Under the pieces are notes generated by a model that was not told where the DNA came from, ran no database searches, and saw only the letters and a program-made list of their open reading frames with translations. DNA of 64,000 nucleotides from Sphyrna mokarran (Eukaryota), in NCBI GenBank assembly GCA_024679065.1, contig JAGIQG010000022.1, forward strand, positions 39,990,001-40,054,000. Direction: 5' to 3'. Each line of letters starts with the position of its first letter. Within the stretch, counting starts at the first letter, position 1. The translations under genes and the position numbers were made by a program. This document shows positions 24,706-37,130 of the stretch, one piece after another.

Positions 24706-25241
24706 GGCTCGGATCTTCTCCCCTCATCGTGGTAGGTTTTCAAGCGAAGGTGGCTCACCAGCAGCCACGGGCAGGATCTTCTGATCCCTCCAAAGTCAAA
24801 TTTATGTTGCTCACTAGCCACACCACCAGGGAACCTGCCACAGGGCGTCACCTTTGGTGGGCCTAGATCATCCCACTTGTGGGGAGAGCTGGAAAATTCA
24901 GCTCTGAGTAAATGCAGGAGCCTTCTTGGTCTTATGTCACCTTTTCCTCACATTTAGATATCTATGAATCCACCTCTTTCCTATGATGGTCAGTCCTGCG
25001 ACTCACAATAATCCATGAGTTAAAATGGGGCACGAATGACATGGAAAATAGAATGGTTAGCACTGGCCATCATTTTAAACTCTGGCCTCCATTCAGTTTG
25101 TGAAGTTAAAATCAGAGCTTGTATGTTGGACTCTCATGCTTAATGGGACACATTGCAGTCGCAGAATGCAACACATGTTTTATATGATATAATTCTTCAA
25201 CCTCTATAAAACTTTATCAAAATGACCTGCATTGAGTAATA

Positions 25242-27272
25242 CATGATGTAGAGATGCCAGCGTTGGACTGGGGTAAACACAGTAAGAAGTCTGACAACAC
25301 CAGTTTTAAATCCAACTGATTTATTTGATAGTAAACTCGTAAGTGTTCGGCTCTCTGGCCTTCGTCAGGCGAATGAGGTGTTCCAGCACAGACAGTTTAC
25401 AGATTACTGATTAGAATGCGAATCTTTACAACTAACCTGCTATTCAAGTCTTAAAGTGGCTAATAATGTGAGTGGAAGGAGCACTGAGCACAGGTTAAAG
25501 AGATGTATATTATCTCCAGACAGCACAGGTTTTTTGCGAACCCAGGCAAGTCATGGGGGTTACAGCTAGTGTGACATGAAGCCAAGATCCCTGTTAAGAC
25601 TGTCCTCATGGCGGAACTTGGCTATCAGTCTCTGCTCAGTGGCTCTGCGCTGTTGTGTGTCGTGAAGGCCCCTTGAAGAATGTTTACCCGAAGGTCGGAG
25701 GCCGAATGCCCATGACTTCTGAAGTGTTCACCAACAGGAAGGGAACAGTTTTGCCTAGTGATTGTTGAGTGATGTTCTTTCATCTGCTGTCATAGTGTCT
25801 GCATAGTCTCCCCAACGTACCATGCTTTAGGACATCCTTTCTTGCAACGTATTAGGTAGACAACGTTGGCCGAGTTGCAGGAGTATGTACCGTGTACCTG
25901 GTGAATGGTATTCTCACGTTTGATGACGTCATCCATGTCGATGATCTGGCATGACTTGCAGAGGTTGCTGTGGCAGGGTTGTGTGGTGTTGTGGTCACTG
26001 TTCTCCTGAAGGTTGGGTAGTTTGCTGTGAACAATGGTCTGTTTGAGGTTGCACGGTTGTCTGAAGGCAAGAAGTGGGGGTGTGGGGATGGCCCTAGCGA
26101 GATGTTCATCATCATCAATGATATGTTGAAGACTCCGGAGAATATGTCGTAGCTTGTCCGCTCCGGGGAAGTACTGGACAACACAGGGTACTCTGTCCAC
26201 CATGTCCCGTGCTCGTCTTCTGAGGAGGTCAGTGCGGTTTATCGCTGTGGCACGTCGGAACTGTCAATCGATGAGTCGAGTGCCATATCCTGTTCTCACG
26301 AGGGCATCTTTCAGCATCTGGAGATGTCTGTCACGATCCTCCTCATCTGAGCAAATTCTGTGTATACGAAGGGCTTGACCGTAAGGGATGGCCTCTTTAA
26401 CGTGTTTAGGGTGGAAGCTGGAGAAGTGGAGCATTGTGAGGTTGTCTGTCGGCTTGCGGTACAGTGAGGTGCTGAGGTGACCGTCCTTGATGGAGATGCG
26501 TGTGTCCAAGAATGCAACTGATTCTGGAAAATAGTCCATGGTGAGTCTGATGGTGGGATGGAACTTGTTGATATCATCATATAGTTGTTTCAATGATTGT
26601 TCACCATGAGTCCAAAGGAAAAAAAATGTCATTGATGTATCTAGCGTATAGCCTCAGTTGAAGATCCCGTGCAGTGAAGAAGTCTTGTTCAAACCTGTGC
26701 ATGAAGATGTTGGCGTATTGAGGTGCGAATTTGGTCCCCGTGGTTGTTCCGTGTCTGGATGAAAAGCTGATTGTTGAAAGTGAAGACATTGTGGTCCAAG
26801 ATGAAGCGGATAAGTTGTAAAATTGCATCCAGAAACTGGCAGTTGTTGGCATTGAGTACTGAGGCAGTTGCAGCAATGCCATCGTTGTGGGGATGTTGGT
26901 GTAGAGTGCCGAGACATCCATTGTGACAAGGAGTGTCCCTGGTTCAACTGATCCATGTGTGCTGAGTTTCTGTAGGAAGTCCGTAGTGTCGCGACAAAAG
27001 CTGGGGGTTCTTTGTATAATGGGTTTCAGGATGCCCTCGACAGAGCCGGAGAGGTTCTCACACAGGGTCCCTTTGCCTGATACGATGGAACAGCCGGGTA
27101 TGTTTGCCTTGTGTATCTTTGGGAGGCAGTAGAGATCTCCAATGCAGGGAATACGTGGAATGAGAGCCGGGAGGGTGTTCTGAAGGTCCGGATTAAAAGT
27201 TTTGATCAGAGTGTTGAGTTGATGAGTGTGTTCTTTGGTCCGATCTGAAGTAGTGTAACAATCACATCCCAA
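25242..27272 (-). mobile_element. Penelope-like retroelement (RT plus GIY-YIG endonuclease), 5'-truncated and frameshifted
   Basis: LYCLPKIHK, TMDVSALYTNIP, GTKFAPQYANIFM, YARYINDIF, TSLYRKPTD, and GIY-YIG VVYLIRCKKGCPKAWYVGET. Confidence 0.95.
25335..25374 (-). ncRNA. Minimal hammerhead ribozyme motif with mutated core
   Basis: Minus strand reads attcgc CTGACGA a ggc cagaga gcc GAAC actt acgagt. The core has GAAC in place of GAAA and stem I has one mismatch. Confidence 0.6.
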
Positions 27273-27485
27273 GCTTCTTCCCTGCTGCCATCAGACTTTT
27301 GAATGGATTTAACTTATATTAAGCATTGATCTTCCTCTACACCCTAGATATGACTGCAACATTCCGCACCCTTCCTTTCCTTTTCTATGTATAGTACACT
27401 TTGTTTGTATAGCGTGCAAAAAACTATACTTCTCACTATATATTAATACATGTGACAATAATAAAGCAAATCAAATCAAAATCTT
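27270..27485 (+). mobile_element. Rex1/Babar 3' end
   Basis: agcttcttccctgctgccatcagacttttgaatgg...aataataaagc followed by an (aaatc)n tail. Confidence 0.8.
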
Positions 27486-28659
27486 CTTCAGAAAGTAGGA
27501 GAAAGTTGGGAGGTTAAATGCAGCAGCTAACTTTAAATTAATTTGCATTAATTGCATAATACATAATGATCTCAATCAAGCTTGGCATCCATTTACCAAT
27601 ATTAAGATGTAGCCAAAATAGAAAATTAATGTGTATCCTGTTAGTTTAATCCAAATAAGCCTGGACTCATTCTGATACGTGGAAAGGGAGCTTGGCAACT
27701 GTCAGAGGTTATCTGGTGTTATGCCAGTCTCTGTAGCTGCAATGGAAAACCATGCACAGATTATCTCAGCGAAACCTGGGAAGTGGGAACAAGCATTTAG
27801 TAATTCAGATAATGAAGTACATGTTGTCCAGGCTGACAAATGTGAGCCAACTCTCACTTAGTCTGCCAGAAGTGAGTTTGATAGTTTCTGGTCAGATTGT
27901 GAAGTGGTGTATAATCACTGCCGTGACTGAGAGAAGCAAAGGTAGAGAGCCTGGGAGGTGGGAGGAATAAAGCTGATGTTTTCCTTCCTTCACATATACT
28001 TCCCGTCAGCTGGTCATTCCCACATTCCTCTGTGGAAGAACTGTTGATAAGATCCTGACTTTAGCAGGGAAGTGGAGTGGAAATGGTGGAGTAGTTGTTG
28101 TCATTCTAGCTGCGAAACTTCAAATATTGACACCCACTGACCTGGTTCACATGAGAGTAGAGACAACTTGTACAAGGTAGGAGAAGGATCTAATCCAGAA
28201 GAACATTCCAAATGCAGAAAAAGTTGGGAAATAAGTAAAAGGCTGAAAAACAGAAAACATTAATAGTTATTTTTTGATGGAGGAAGTATACATTGGGTTT
28301 GCTCAAGGGTCAGTGGCTGGACACCTGCTTTTTCTGATATATACTGATGACCTAGTCTTGGATAGGCAGGGCACATTTTCAAAATTTGCGCATGACACAA
28401 AATTTAGAAGTATTATGAACAATGAGAATAACAATAAACAGAGAGGATACAAACAGGTGGGATGGGCGAACAAATGATGGATGAACTTTAATGCAATAAT
28501 TATCAAGTGATACATTTTGACAGGGAGAACAAGAAGAGGCAATTTGAAATAAAGGATACAGTTTGAAAGAGAATGCAGGGACAGAAGGACCTGAAGGTAT
28601 GTGTGCACAACTCATTAATAATGGTAGGTCAGGTTGACAAAGCGATAAATAAAGTAACC

Positions 28660-28830
28660 ATAGAATAGAATCATAGAATCCCTACAGTGCAGAGGGATCA
28701 ATAACAGTCCTACTCAGGCCCTCTTCTGTAATTCCACAAATTTACCCTAGCTAGTCTCCCTGACACAAGGGGTAATTTAGCATAGCCAATCCATCTAAGT
28801 TGCGCATCTTTGGAGAGTGAGAGGAAACCA
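28660..28830 (-). mobile_element. HE1-like SINE, partial
   Basis: (atagaatc)n tail and ttagcatagccaat core. Confidence 0.75.
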
Positions 28831-28929
28831 GAGTGGATCCTGACTTTAGTAGAAAAACAAGGAAGTTATGATCAACTTTAGTAAACCACTGGGTCAGCTG
28901 CAGCCAGAGTATTGTGTTCATTTCTGTTT

Positions 28930-29218
28930 AAATTTTTACTTAATAGTGTCACAAGTAGGTTTACATTAACACTGCGATGAAGTTACTGTGAAAATCCACA
29001 ATTCACCACACTCCGGCGCCTGTTTGGGTATATCAAAGGAGAATTTCTCATGGCCAATGACCTAACCAGCACATCTTTTGGACTGTGGGAGAAAATTGAA
29101 GCACCCGAAGGAAATGCGCGCAGACACAGAGAGAATGTACGGATTCCGCACAGAGGCCCCAGCTGGGAATTGAGCCCAGGTCCCATGAGGTAGCAGTGCT
29201 GATCATTGTGCTGCCCCA
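28930..29218 (-). mobile_element. HE1-like SINE, alternative-tail subfamily
   Basis: Same head and V-domain, but the tail is cacagtaacttcat..cagtgttaatgtaa..ctacttgtgacact. Confidence 0.85.
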
Positions 29219-30391
29219 GGCCACTACACTTTCAAAGGATGTGACAGTATTGGAGAGGGTACAGAAAAAAATGAACAAAAATCTCTCTACAGATAAGGAA
29301 CTTCAGTTACGTGGGTAGGTTGAAGAAGTTGAGCTATTCTCTTTGCTTAAGAGAAGATTAACAGAAGATTTTGTTTTTAAATCATGTGGAGTCTGAATGG
29401 AGTAGAGGCAGAAACTACCCTCATCAGCAGAAGGATCAAGAAGAAGGGGGCACCAATTTAAGGTGAGTGGCAAAGAAAACAATAGCGACATGAAACTTTT
29501 TTTTACACAGTGGGTGTTTAGAATTTGGAATGTGCTGCCTGAGAATATGGTAGAGGCTAATTCAATTGTGGGTTTTGAAGGTAATTGGATTATTATATGA
29601 AGAAAAATAAATATCAGCCCTGTGAGGAAAGGGCAGGATGTGGGACTGGATGTGTTGCTCTTGCAAAGGACTAATATGACCATAAAAAGCCAAATGGTTT
29701 CTTTCTGTGCTATAACCATTCTATGATTCCATGATTTTACAAAAAGAATGTTTCAATCCATTCTTGGTGTTCCAGGTGACATGGTGGTATGCTTGCTTTT
29801 TATACAAGGTGTAATTATAATTTTATTTTGAGATTAATCATGGCCGCTGAGCCAAGTTTACACTCAGTTTATTAATCACTTTCTAACTTACCCTGCTACC
29901 CTCAATAAATTGTGATTGAGTTATACTGTGACAATTTTTCTGTTTCGGGAATTAATGATTTAAAAGGACATCAGTAAGTGATTTACAAGGTTTATTTTAA
30001 TGATTACTTTGCATCTTTCAAGTTGACAAAAGCTAGTGCTGCAGAATATGGTAGAGGCTAATTCAATTGTGGGTTTTGAAGGTAATTGGATTATTATATG
30101 AAGAAAAATAAATATCAGCCTGGACTCATTCAAAAAATAAAAAAAATAGTGCTCTGGTTCAACATTACCCAGCTTAAAACTCGGATAGTTTGAAACACAA
30201 CAATACTCCAGCAAATGTCTCAGTCCTCATCCTTAGGGCAACAGACCTTTACTTTCATATTTTCACCTTCCTGTGACTCTTTTTTACTTATTTGTGGGAC
30301 ATGGGCATTGCTGAATGGCCAGCATTTATTGTACATCCCTAGCTGCCCTTAAGAAGATGGTGGTGAGCTGCCTTCTTGAATTGCTAGTAGT

Positions 30392-31420
30392 CATGATGTA
30401 GAAATGCTGGCGTTGGACTGAGGTAAACACAGTAAGAGGTCTGACAACACCCTCATCGTCACCCTGGCTAACAATGTGAGTGGACAGAGTACCCTTTGTT
30501 GTCCAGTACTTCCCCAGAGCAGAGAAGCTACGACATATTCTCCGGAGTCTTCAACATATCATCGATGATGATGAATATCTCGCCAGGGCCATCCCCACAC
30601 CCCCACTTCTTGCCTTCAGACAACTGCGCAATCTTAAACAGACCATTGTTCACAGCAAACTACCCAACCTTCAGGAGAACAGTGACCACAACACCACACA
30701 ACCTTGCCACAGCAACCTCTGCAAGACATGCCAGATCATCGACATGGATGACATCATCAAACGTGAGAATACCATTCACCAGGTACATGGTACATACTCT
30801 TGCAACTTGGCCAACGTTGTCTACCTAATACATTGCAAGAAAGGATGTCCCGAAGCATGGTACATTGGGGAGACCATGCTGACACTACGACAGCAGATGA
30901 ATGAACATCGCTCAACAATCGCCAGGCAAAACTGTTCCTTTCAGTGGTCACGGGCATTCGGCCTCCAACCTTCAGGTAAACATTCTTCAAGGGGGCCTAC
31001 ATGACACACGACAGTGCAGAGCCGCTGAGCAGAGACTGATAGCCAAGTTCCGCACACATGAGGACGGTCTTAACAGGGATCTTGGCTTCATGTCACACTA
31101 TCTGTAACCCCCATGACTTGCCTGGGTTAGCAAAAAACCTCACTTACTGTGCTGTCTGGAGACAATACACATCTCTTTAACCTGTGCTTAGTGCTCCTTC
31201 CACTCACGTTGTTAGCCACTTTAAACTTGAATAGCAGTTAGGTGTAAAGATTTGCATTCTAATCAGCAATCTATAAACTGTCTGTGCTGATACATGTGCT
31301 ATTGCAGACCAGAATACCTCATTCGCCTGAAGAAGGCCATAATAGCCGAAAGCTTGCGAGTTTACTATCAAATAAATCGGTTGGATTTAAAAATGGTGTT
31401 GTCAGACCTCTTACTGTGTT
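30392..31420 (+). mobile_element. Penelope-like element (GIY-YIG end plus terminal region) with an inverted terminal copy at its 5' end
   Basis: ORF 30480-31004 is nearly identical to 25790-26203. Part of 30392-30451 is the reverse complement of its own 3' end (31395-31420). Confidence 0.95.
31321..31361 (+). ncRNA. Minimal type I hammerhead ribozyme in the Penelope terminal region
   Basis: attcgc CTGAAGA a ggc cataata gcc GAAA gc tt gcgagt: 6-bp stem I (one G-U), core CUGAnGA...GAAA, 3-bp stem II and palindromic AAGCTT in the stem III position. Confidence 0.75.
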
Positions 31421-31694
31421 CTTGAATTGATGCAGTCCTTGTGCTGTGAGTTGATTCACAATGCTGTTAAGGAGGGGATTCCTGGATTTTGACCCAGCAA
31501 CTGCGAAGAAACAGCAATATATTTTCAAGTCAGGAGGGTAAGTGGCTTGGAGAGGAACTTGCACGTGGTGATGTTCCCATGTATCTGCTGCCTTTGTCCT
31601 TCTAGATGGAAGTAGTTGTGGGTTTGGCAGGTGGTGTCTGAGGATCTTTGGTGAATTGCTTTAAGAAAAAGAAACTATTTTTTCTCTCTTTCCA

Positions 31695-32600
31695 ATATTT
31701 GATTTGATTTGAATTATTGTTGTCACATGTATACAATGAAAAGTATTGTTTCTTGTGCGCTATACAGACAAAGCCCACCGTTCATAGAGAAGGAAACAAG
31801 AGAGTGTAGAATGTAGTGTTACAGTCATAGGTAGAGTGTAGAGAAAGATCAACTTAATGCAAGGTAGGTTTGATGGCAGCAAAGAAGAAGCTGTTCTTAT
31901 GTCAGTTGGTACGTGACCTCAGACTCTTCTGGATGGAAGAAGGTGGAAGAGAGAATGTTTGGGATGCATGAAGTCCTTAATTATGCTGGCTGTTTTGTCA
32001 AGGCAGCAGGAAGTGTAGACAGAGTCAATGAATGGGAGGTTGGTTTGCATGATGGATTGGGCTACATTCATGATCTTTTGTAGTTTTTTGTGGTTTTGGG
32101 CAGAACAGGAGCCATATTAAGCTGTGAAATAACCAGAAGGAATGCTTTCTACGGTGCATCTTGTGAGGCACCGGTGTTCAGCACAAACATGGAGGAGGTG
32201 TTGTTGCCTGTCCTCACTGATTGTGGCCTATGAGTTTCAAAGTTCAGGATCCAGTCACAGAAAGAGCAACTGAGACCCAGGCCATGGAGTTTGGAGATGA
32301 GTTTCATAGGAATAATGGTGTTGAAGATTCAGCTGTAGCCAATAAATAGGAGTCTGCCATAGATGTCTTTATTGTCTAGGTGTTCCAGGATTGAGTGCAG
32401 GGCCAGGGAGAGGGCATCTGCAGTGGACCTGTTGTAGCGGTAGGTAAATTGTAATGGATCCAGGCAGTCTGGGAGGCTGGAATTGATTTGTGCCATGATT
32501 AAACTTTTGAAGCACTTCATAATTATGGATATCAGAGTCACCAGACGTTAGTCATTAAGGCACGCTTTTGGTTTTTCTTTGGTACTGGGGTGATGGTGAT
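31695..32600 (-). mobile_element. Rex1/Babar LINE 3' portion with internal deletion
   Basis: IIMKCFKSL...LDPLQFTYRYNRSTADA...HLDNKD, and an (atttg)n tail at ~31700. Confidence 0.85.
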
Positions 32601-32984
32601 TCCAATATGACTCAACCATTGTCTTTTCTTCCTCCTCATGTTTGGCAGGCTCTCACCTGCCTGAGCGAGATTGTTAATTCATTGCTAGTTTTACACCATA
32701 GGCTCATGCTGAAACTGTCCATAGTGATAATGACCAAAGTGAGGTGGTTTTCATTTTTTCAATGCAGGCTGAATCCAGGTCCCGGGGGTGAATAGATAGT
32801 TCAGTAATTCATCACAATCTTCCTAACACGGCTACAAGTTAATAAATAATTAGAAAACAAATGGGTTAATTTCTGAAAATATTTTTTATACATCAGTGTT
32901 GAAACCCTAATTCATGCCTTTGTTGCTTCTAGAATTGAGTTTCCCATGGTATCCTCACCAATCTCCCATCTTTTGCTGTAATTG

Positions 32985-33555
32985 ATAGGGCTTGGTGAAG
33001 CGACAGCTGGAGTATTGTGTGCAGTTTTGATGTCCTTATCTGAGGAAGGATGACCTTGCTATAGCAGGAGTGCAGAAAAGGTTTACCAAACTGAATCCTG
33101 GGATAGCAGGTCTGTCGTATGAGGGGAGACTAAGTCGGTTATGATTATATTCACTGCAGTTCAGAAGAATAAGAGTATCTCATAGAAACTTATTAAATTC
33201 TAACAGGGTTAGGCAGAGTAGTTTCAGAAAGATTCCCAATAGTGGGGGAGTCCAGAACTAGGAGTCATTGTTTAAGGGTATGAAGTAAACCTTTTAGAAC
33301 TGAGCTGAGGAGAAATTTCTTCACCCAGAGGGTGGTGAATGTGTGGAATTCACTACCCTGAATGTAGTTGAAGCTAAAATGTTGTCTGATTTCAAGAAAA
33401 AATTAGATATAGCTCTTGGAACTAAAGAGATCAGGGATATGGGGAGGAGGGGATCAGGATATTGAATTTGATGAACAGCCATAATCAAGAGGAATGGTGG
33501 AGCAGATTCAAAGGGCCAAATGGCCTATTCCTGCTTTTAGTTTTTATGTTTCTAT
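32985..33555 (+). mobile_element. CR1 LINE 3' fragment
   Basis: LEYCVQF, VQKRFTKL and RRNFFTQRVVNVWNSLP, followed by the tail. Confidence 0.9.
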
Positions 33556-33589
33556 TTTCCAACCTACATAATTTTGAGTTCATTTGAAA

Positions 33590-33790
33590 CCGTTGCCTGG
33601 GAGCGTTGACAGTGAGAGACAGGGTTGGAGTGGCAGGGACTGTGAGCTGCAGGGTTGGCAATGTCTGGGAGTTGGAGGTGTGGTGAAAGGAAGGATCTGC
33701 AGCAACAGGAAGGCTAAGGATGGATGGTGTGTGGTGAAGAGGTGGTCAGATGACTGGGATTTGTAGCGAGCAGGAGAGGCAATGAGCATG
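33590..33790 (-). mobile_element. L2 LINE fragment
   Basis: SDHLF motif plus pyrimidine-rich sequence resembling the L2 endonuclease end. Confidence 0.45.
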
Positions 33791-34049
33791 AAGAAAGCTT
33801 ATTTTAAGTTTCTTCATTTATAAATGTATGAATTTAGTAATGCGTTATATTTCAACCTACAGGGTATAAAGTTTCCATTATTTCTTTCTGATGGTGAAGG
33901 TCCTACAGGATGTAATGGTAGCTTTTACATTGGTTTTAAAAGGAAAATCTGATTTGCGTAAAGTTGTTTTATTTAGAATTGCCCTTTTCAGAATTTAATT
34001 AGAATGTTAAGTGAAAACTTACTGTAGGTCCATCCCTAATGTCAGGTGT

Positions 34050-34495
34050 CAACTGGGGCTCATTTGGTGGCATACTTGCTCATGAGTCAGATGATTTTGG
34101 ATTCAAATACCATCCAGGACTTCAGCATATAAAATAAGGCTATAACTTCAGTGCAGTCCTGACGAAGTGCTGTACCATCACAGATGCTGTCTTTTGGAAA
34201 GATGTCAAATTGAGGTCCTATCAGCCTCTTCCAGTGGATGTCAAAGATTTCATTGTATTATTTAAAAGACGAGCAAAAGAGTTAACCCTGATGCCCTGGC
34301 AAATATTGATCAATCAGTATCACAATGATCTGGTCCTTATCACTTCCCTACTTGAGAGAGCTGGCTGTGTGTAAATTTCGTACTATGTTTCCTGCTTCTC
34401 AATAGTAACTACGCTTCAAAAGTCTTAATTGGGTGTAAAGTGCTTTGGGACATCCTGTGGGCATGTAAGTTGCTACATAAACACAAATCTCTCTA
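34050..34495 (+). mobile_element. Near full-length Deu-domain SINE (SacSINE1-like)
   Basis: tRNA-like head (ggctcatttggtggcatacttg...ggattcaaatac), Deu-like core (gtggatgtcaaagat...aagagttaaccctgatgccctggcaaatatt) and L2-like tail (aaagtgctttgggacatcctg). Confidence 0.7.
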
Positions 34496-34509
34496 TGTGG
34501 CTCAATGAG

Positions 34510-34760
34510 GGTGCCGCTGTGGCACAGTGGTGAGCACTGCTGCCTCACTGTGCCAGCGAACTGGGTTCAATTCCCAGCTTTGGGTCACTGTCTGTGTGGA
34601 GTCTGCGCATTGTCCTTGTGTCTGCATGGTTTTCCTCCAGATGCTCCAGTTTCCTCAGTGTGCCTGAACAGGCCCCCACAGTGTGACACCTGGGGGATTT
34701 TCACAGTAACTTGACTGCATTGATAATGTAAGCCTATTTGTGACTAATAAATGAACTTTA
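34510..34760 (+). mobile_element. HE1-like SINE, alternative tail
   Basis: tRNA head, partial V-domain and ggggattttcacagtaact tail. Confidence 0.85.
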
Positions 34761-35719
34761 AAATGTTAAATTTTGTTTGATAATATTTTTGTGAAGTGGC
34801 TTGTAACACTTTACTATGTTAAAGGAGTTGGCTAAAAAGCATCTTTAGCAGTAATGTGGGAACTATCCTTTCAATTGGGTAGGAATCTAAGGTAATGTGA
34901 GTGGGAAAAGAAAAGTAGATAGGTTGAGAATTTTAAAAGTACTCTGTCCCCATATTCATAACATTTCATAAACCAGGAGTCCAAATAATAACTATTCATT
35001 TCTGCAGTTTTACCTTATGAAATATTTGTTCTGGGGATGTCAAGGACATGGACAAGGCCAAATTTGTTGACTACCACAAGTTACCTTGAGAAGGTGTGGG
35101 CGTTCTTCTACTTCTGCTGGAGTTTCTGTTGTTGAAAGTGGTGTTAAGTAAGGAATTTTGGAAATTTTACTCAATACATCACCCAAGGAGTCATTTCTCA
35201 AGTAGAACACTTGATAAAGAAGCTCAAGAGGCAATTAAGTGATTAAACTAAAGCTTAATTTTTCACTTTATTTGCAGCTACTTCAGTACTATTTGTGGAG
35301 TATGTATGATTAGTTTCCTTCCAGTGTATAGCCCTTAGCATCATTGAATTTAATTTGCCATTAATCTGCCCACACAGTTATTCTACCTGATTTATTCTGC
35401 AATTTAATTCCTCCAAATCTCTTCTCACTTTGGCATCATCAACAAATTTCACCACTTTGTGGGGAGCTTCTCAATTCACCTTCTTCCAAGGCTTGAAGAC
35501 ATAACATCTTTTCTCATCATTTGTTCATAGGATCAATATCTCAGCATTATCTTGAATGAGCACAGTACTCCAGGAGTGATTTGGTTAGCATGTTAGATGG
35601 CATTCTCCAGTTTACAATTAATGTTTTGGCTATTGAGCATTCTATTTGATCTGCTAATTACAATTCAGCAGCAATAGATCACTGATTCATAAGTTTACTA
35701 ATATATCTAAATCTCCACC

Positions 35720-35885
35720 TTAATCAACTTTCTGTCTACCACACTACCAAAAGAACTCTTCTCAAAGCCACAGATTGCTTTCAATATGATTGTGACATAG
35801 AGAAACAATCCTTACTCATCATTATTGATCTGCCTGCAACTTTTGATACACACTGTTGATCACACCATTCTCCTTCAATTATTCT
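35720..35885 (+). mobile_element. L2 LINE RT fragment
   Basis: HTTKRTLLKATD...SLLIIIDLPATFDT/VDHTILLQ resembles the L2 motif LDLSAAFDTVDH. Confidence 0.75.
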
Positions 35886-35899
35886 TCAGGATTTGTATA

Positions 35900-36095
35900 G
35901 TTTATTTATTTGTAACAAGTAGGCTGACATTAATACTGCGATGAAGTTACTGTGAAAAGCCACTAGTCGTCACACTCCAGCGCCTGAGGGAAAATTTAGC
36001 ATGGCAAATGGCACCTAACCAGCATGTCTGTCAGATTGTAGGAGGAAACTGGAGCACCTGGAGGAAATCCACGCAGACACAGGGAGAACGTGCAG
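35900..36095 (-). mobile_element. HE1-like SINE, alternative tail, 5'-truncated
   Basis: V-domain and tail match other copies. Confidence 0.8.
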
Positions 36096-36096
36096 A

Positions 36097-37130
36097 TTAG
36101 GGGTGATCTTGAGCTGCATTCACCATTTGTGAGAATGTTGGCAGGGGCCAAAGATCCGGTGAGACCCAGAAATCATGAGTTTTACTGGTGAGATTGTGAT
36201 TTAGATCTACACCACCCCTTGCCAGCAATGTAACCAGTGAGTGTGAACCCAATTTATGTTCATTTGAATATATTTGCTTGGTATTAAAGGCCCTGGGCAT
36301 GTATTGAGCCCCTGCTGTATTAACAAACTGTGTCAGTATGTCACATTGGCGTTTACACCATATTCACTCAGGCATGAACATGGGAATGCCCCAGGGGCAT
36401 AAGGTGTATATAACTCTCAGGGGTAAGAGACATGATCAGGCAGTAGCTTGGCAATTCCCCTGACTCTGCCCTTTTGCACAGGTTAGCACCATCAGGTTGG
36501 CACCATGCCTGTGCCAACCTGACAGTGCCAATCTGGCAATGCACAGGATGGACCCATTAGGAGCTTCAAGCAGTTGGGGGGGAGGATTGATTTCTTTGTG
36601 GTGGTGATGGGCAGGAAATGCTGGAGCTGTCCGTATGGGTGGGGGTTTGGAGGGAAGGAGTCTGATGTTTGGGGGGAAGTGGGGTGTTGCTGTCACTGAC
36701 GTTTGAGGTAGGGTAAGTGTCTGATGTTTGAGAGGTAAGTGAGGTATTAGCACTGACTATTGTGGAGGGTAGGGAACGAAGGGTGGGATAGTGGGGGGTG
36801 GGGACAAAGAGTCCAACGCTTGGAGAGAAGGGAGAAGAGTGATGAATGTTAGCTGTGAAGGGGGAAGTGGAGGGGATGAATGCCGGCTCTGGCCTCAGGG
36901 CTCGAAATGGGCTGGAGCCCCTGAGAACTCCTTGGAGGGGCTGGGAGGGAGGTAATTTTTTGATCTGATTGGGGCCCCGATGTCAGTGCAGCCAGGCTTT
37001 GCTGACATGTTGAGATTTTGCCTGATTACATGATGGTATAAAACAGATCCAGTTGTTTTTGACAGTGGTCAGATCTGGAGAGAAACATGCCATTTTTCTC
37101 GCTAGATCCAACATTCTGCCGCTCATCCCT
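36097..37130. repeat. Probable non-autonomous DNA transposon (Harbinger-associated type)
   Basis: Central ggcac/gtgcc palindromic motif clusters and G-rich tracts shared with 40385-41072 and 55271-56060. Confidence 0.45.

Larger units (their letters stand above)
28230..29735 (+). mobile_element. Old CR1 LINE fragment split by two SINEs
   Basis: QGSVAGHLLFLIYTDDL...SKFAHDTK, resuming after the SINEs with LERVQK...FFTQWVFRIWNVLP and the tail. Confidence 0.8.
30280..31660 (-). mobile_element. LINE/SINE 3' end disrupted by the Penelope insertion
   Basis: 30280-30390 and 31420-31660 read as one continuous 3'-end sequence sharing the tail of the 4925-5245 SINE family. Confidence 0.6.

Noticed and set aside
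33862-33960. Candidate exon after cctacag (GIKFPLFLSDGEGPTGCNGSF...)
   Set aside because: No convincing donor site, no recognisable protein and no linked exons.
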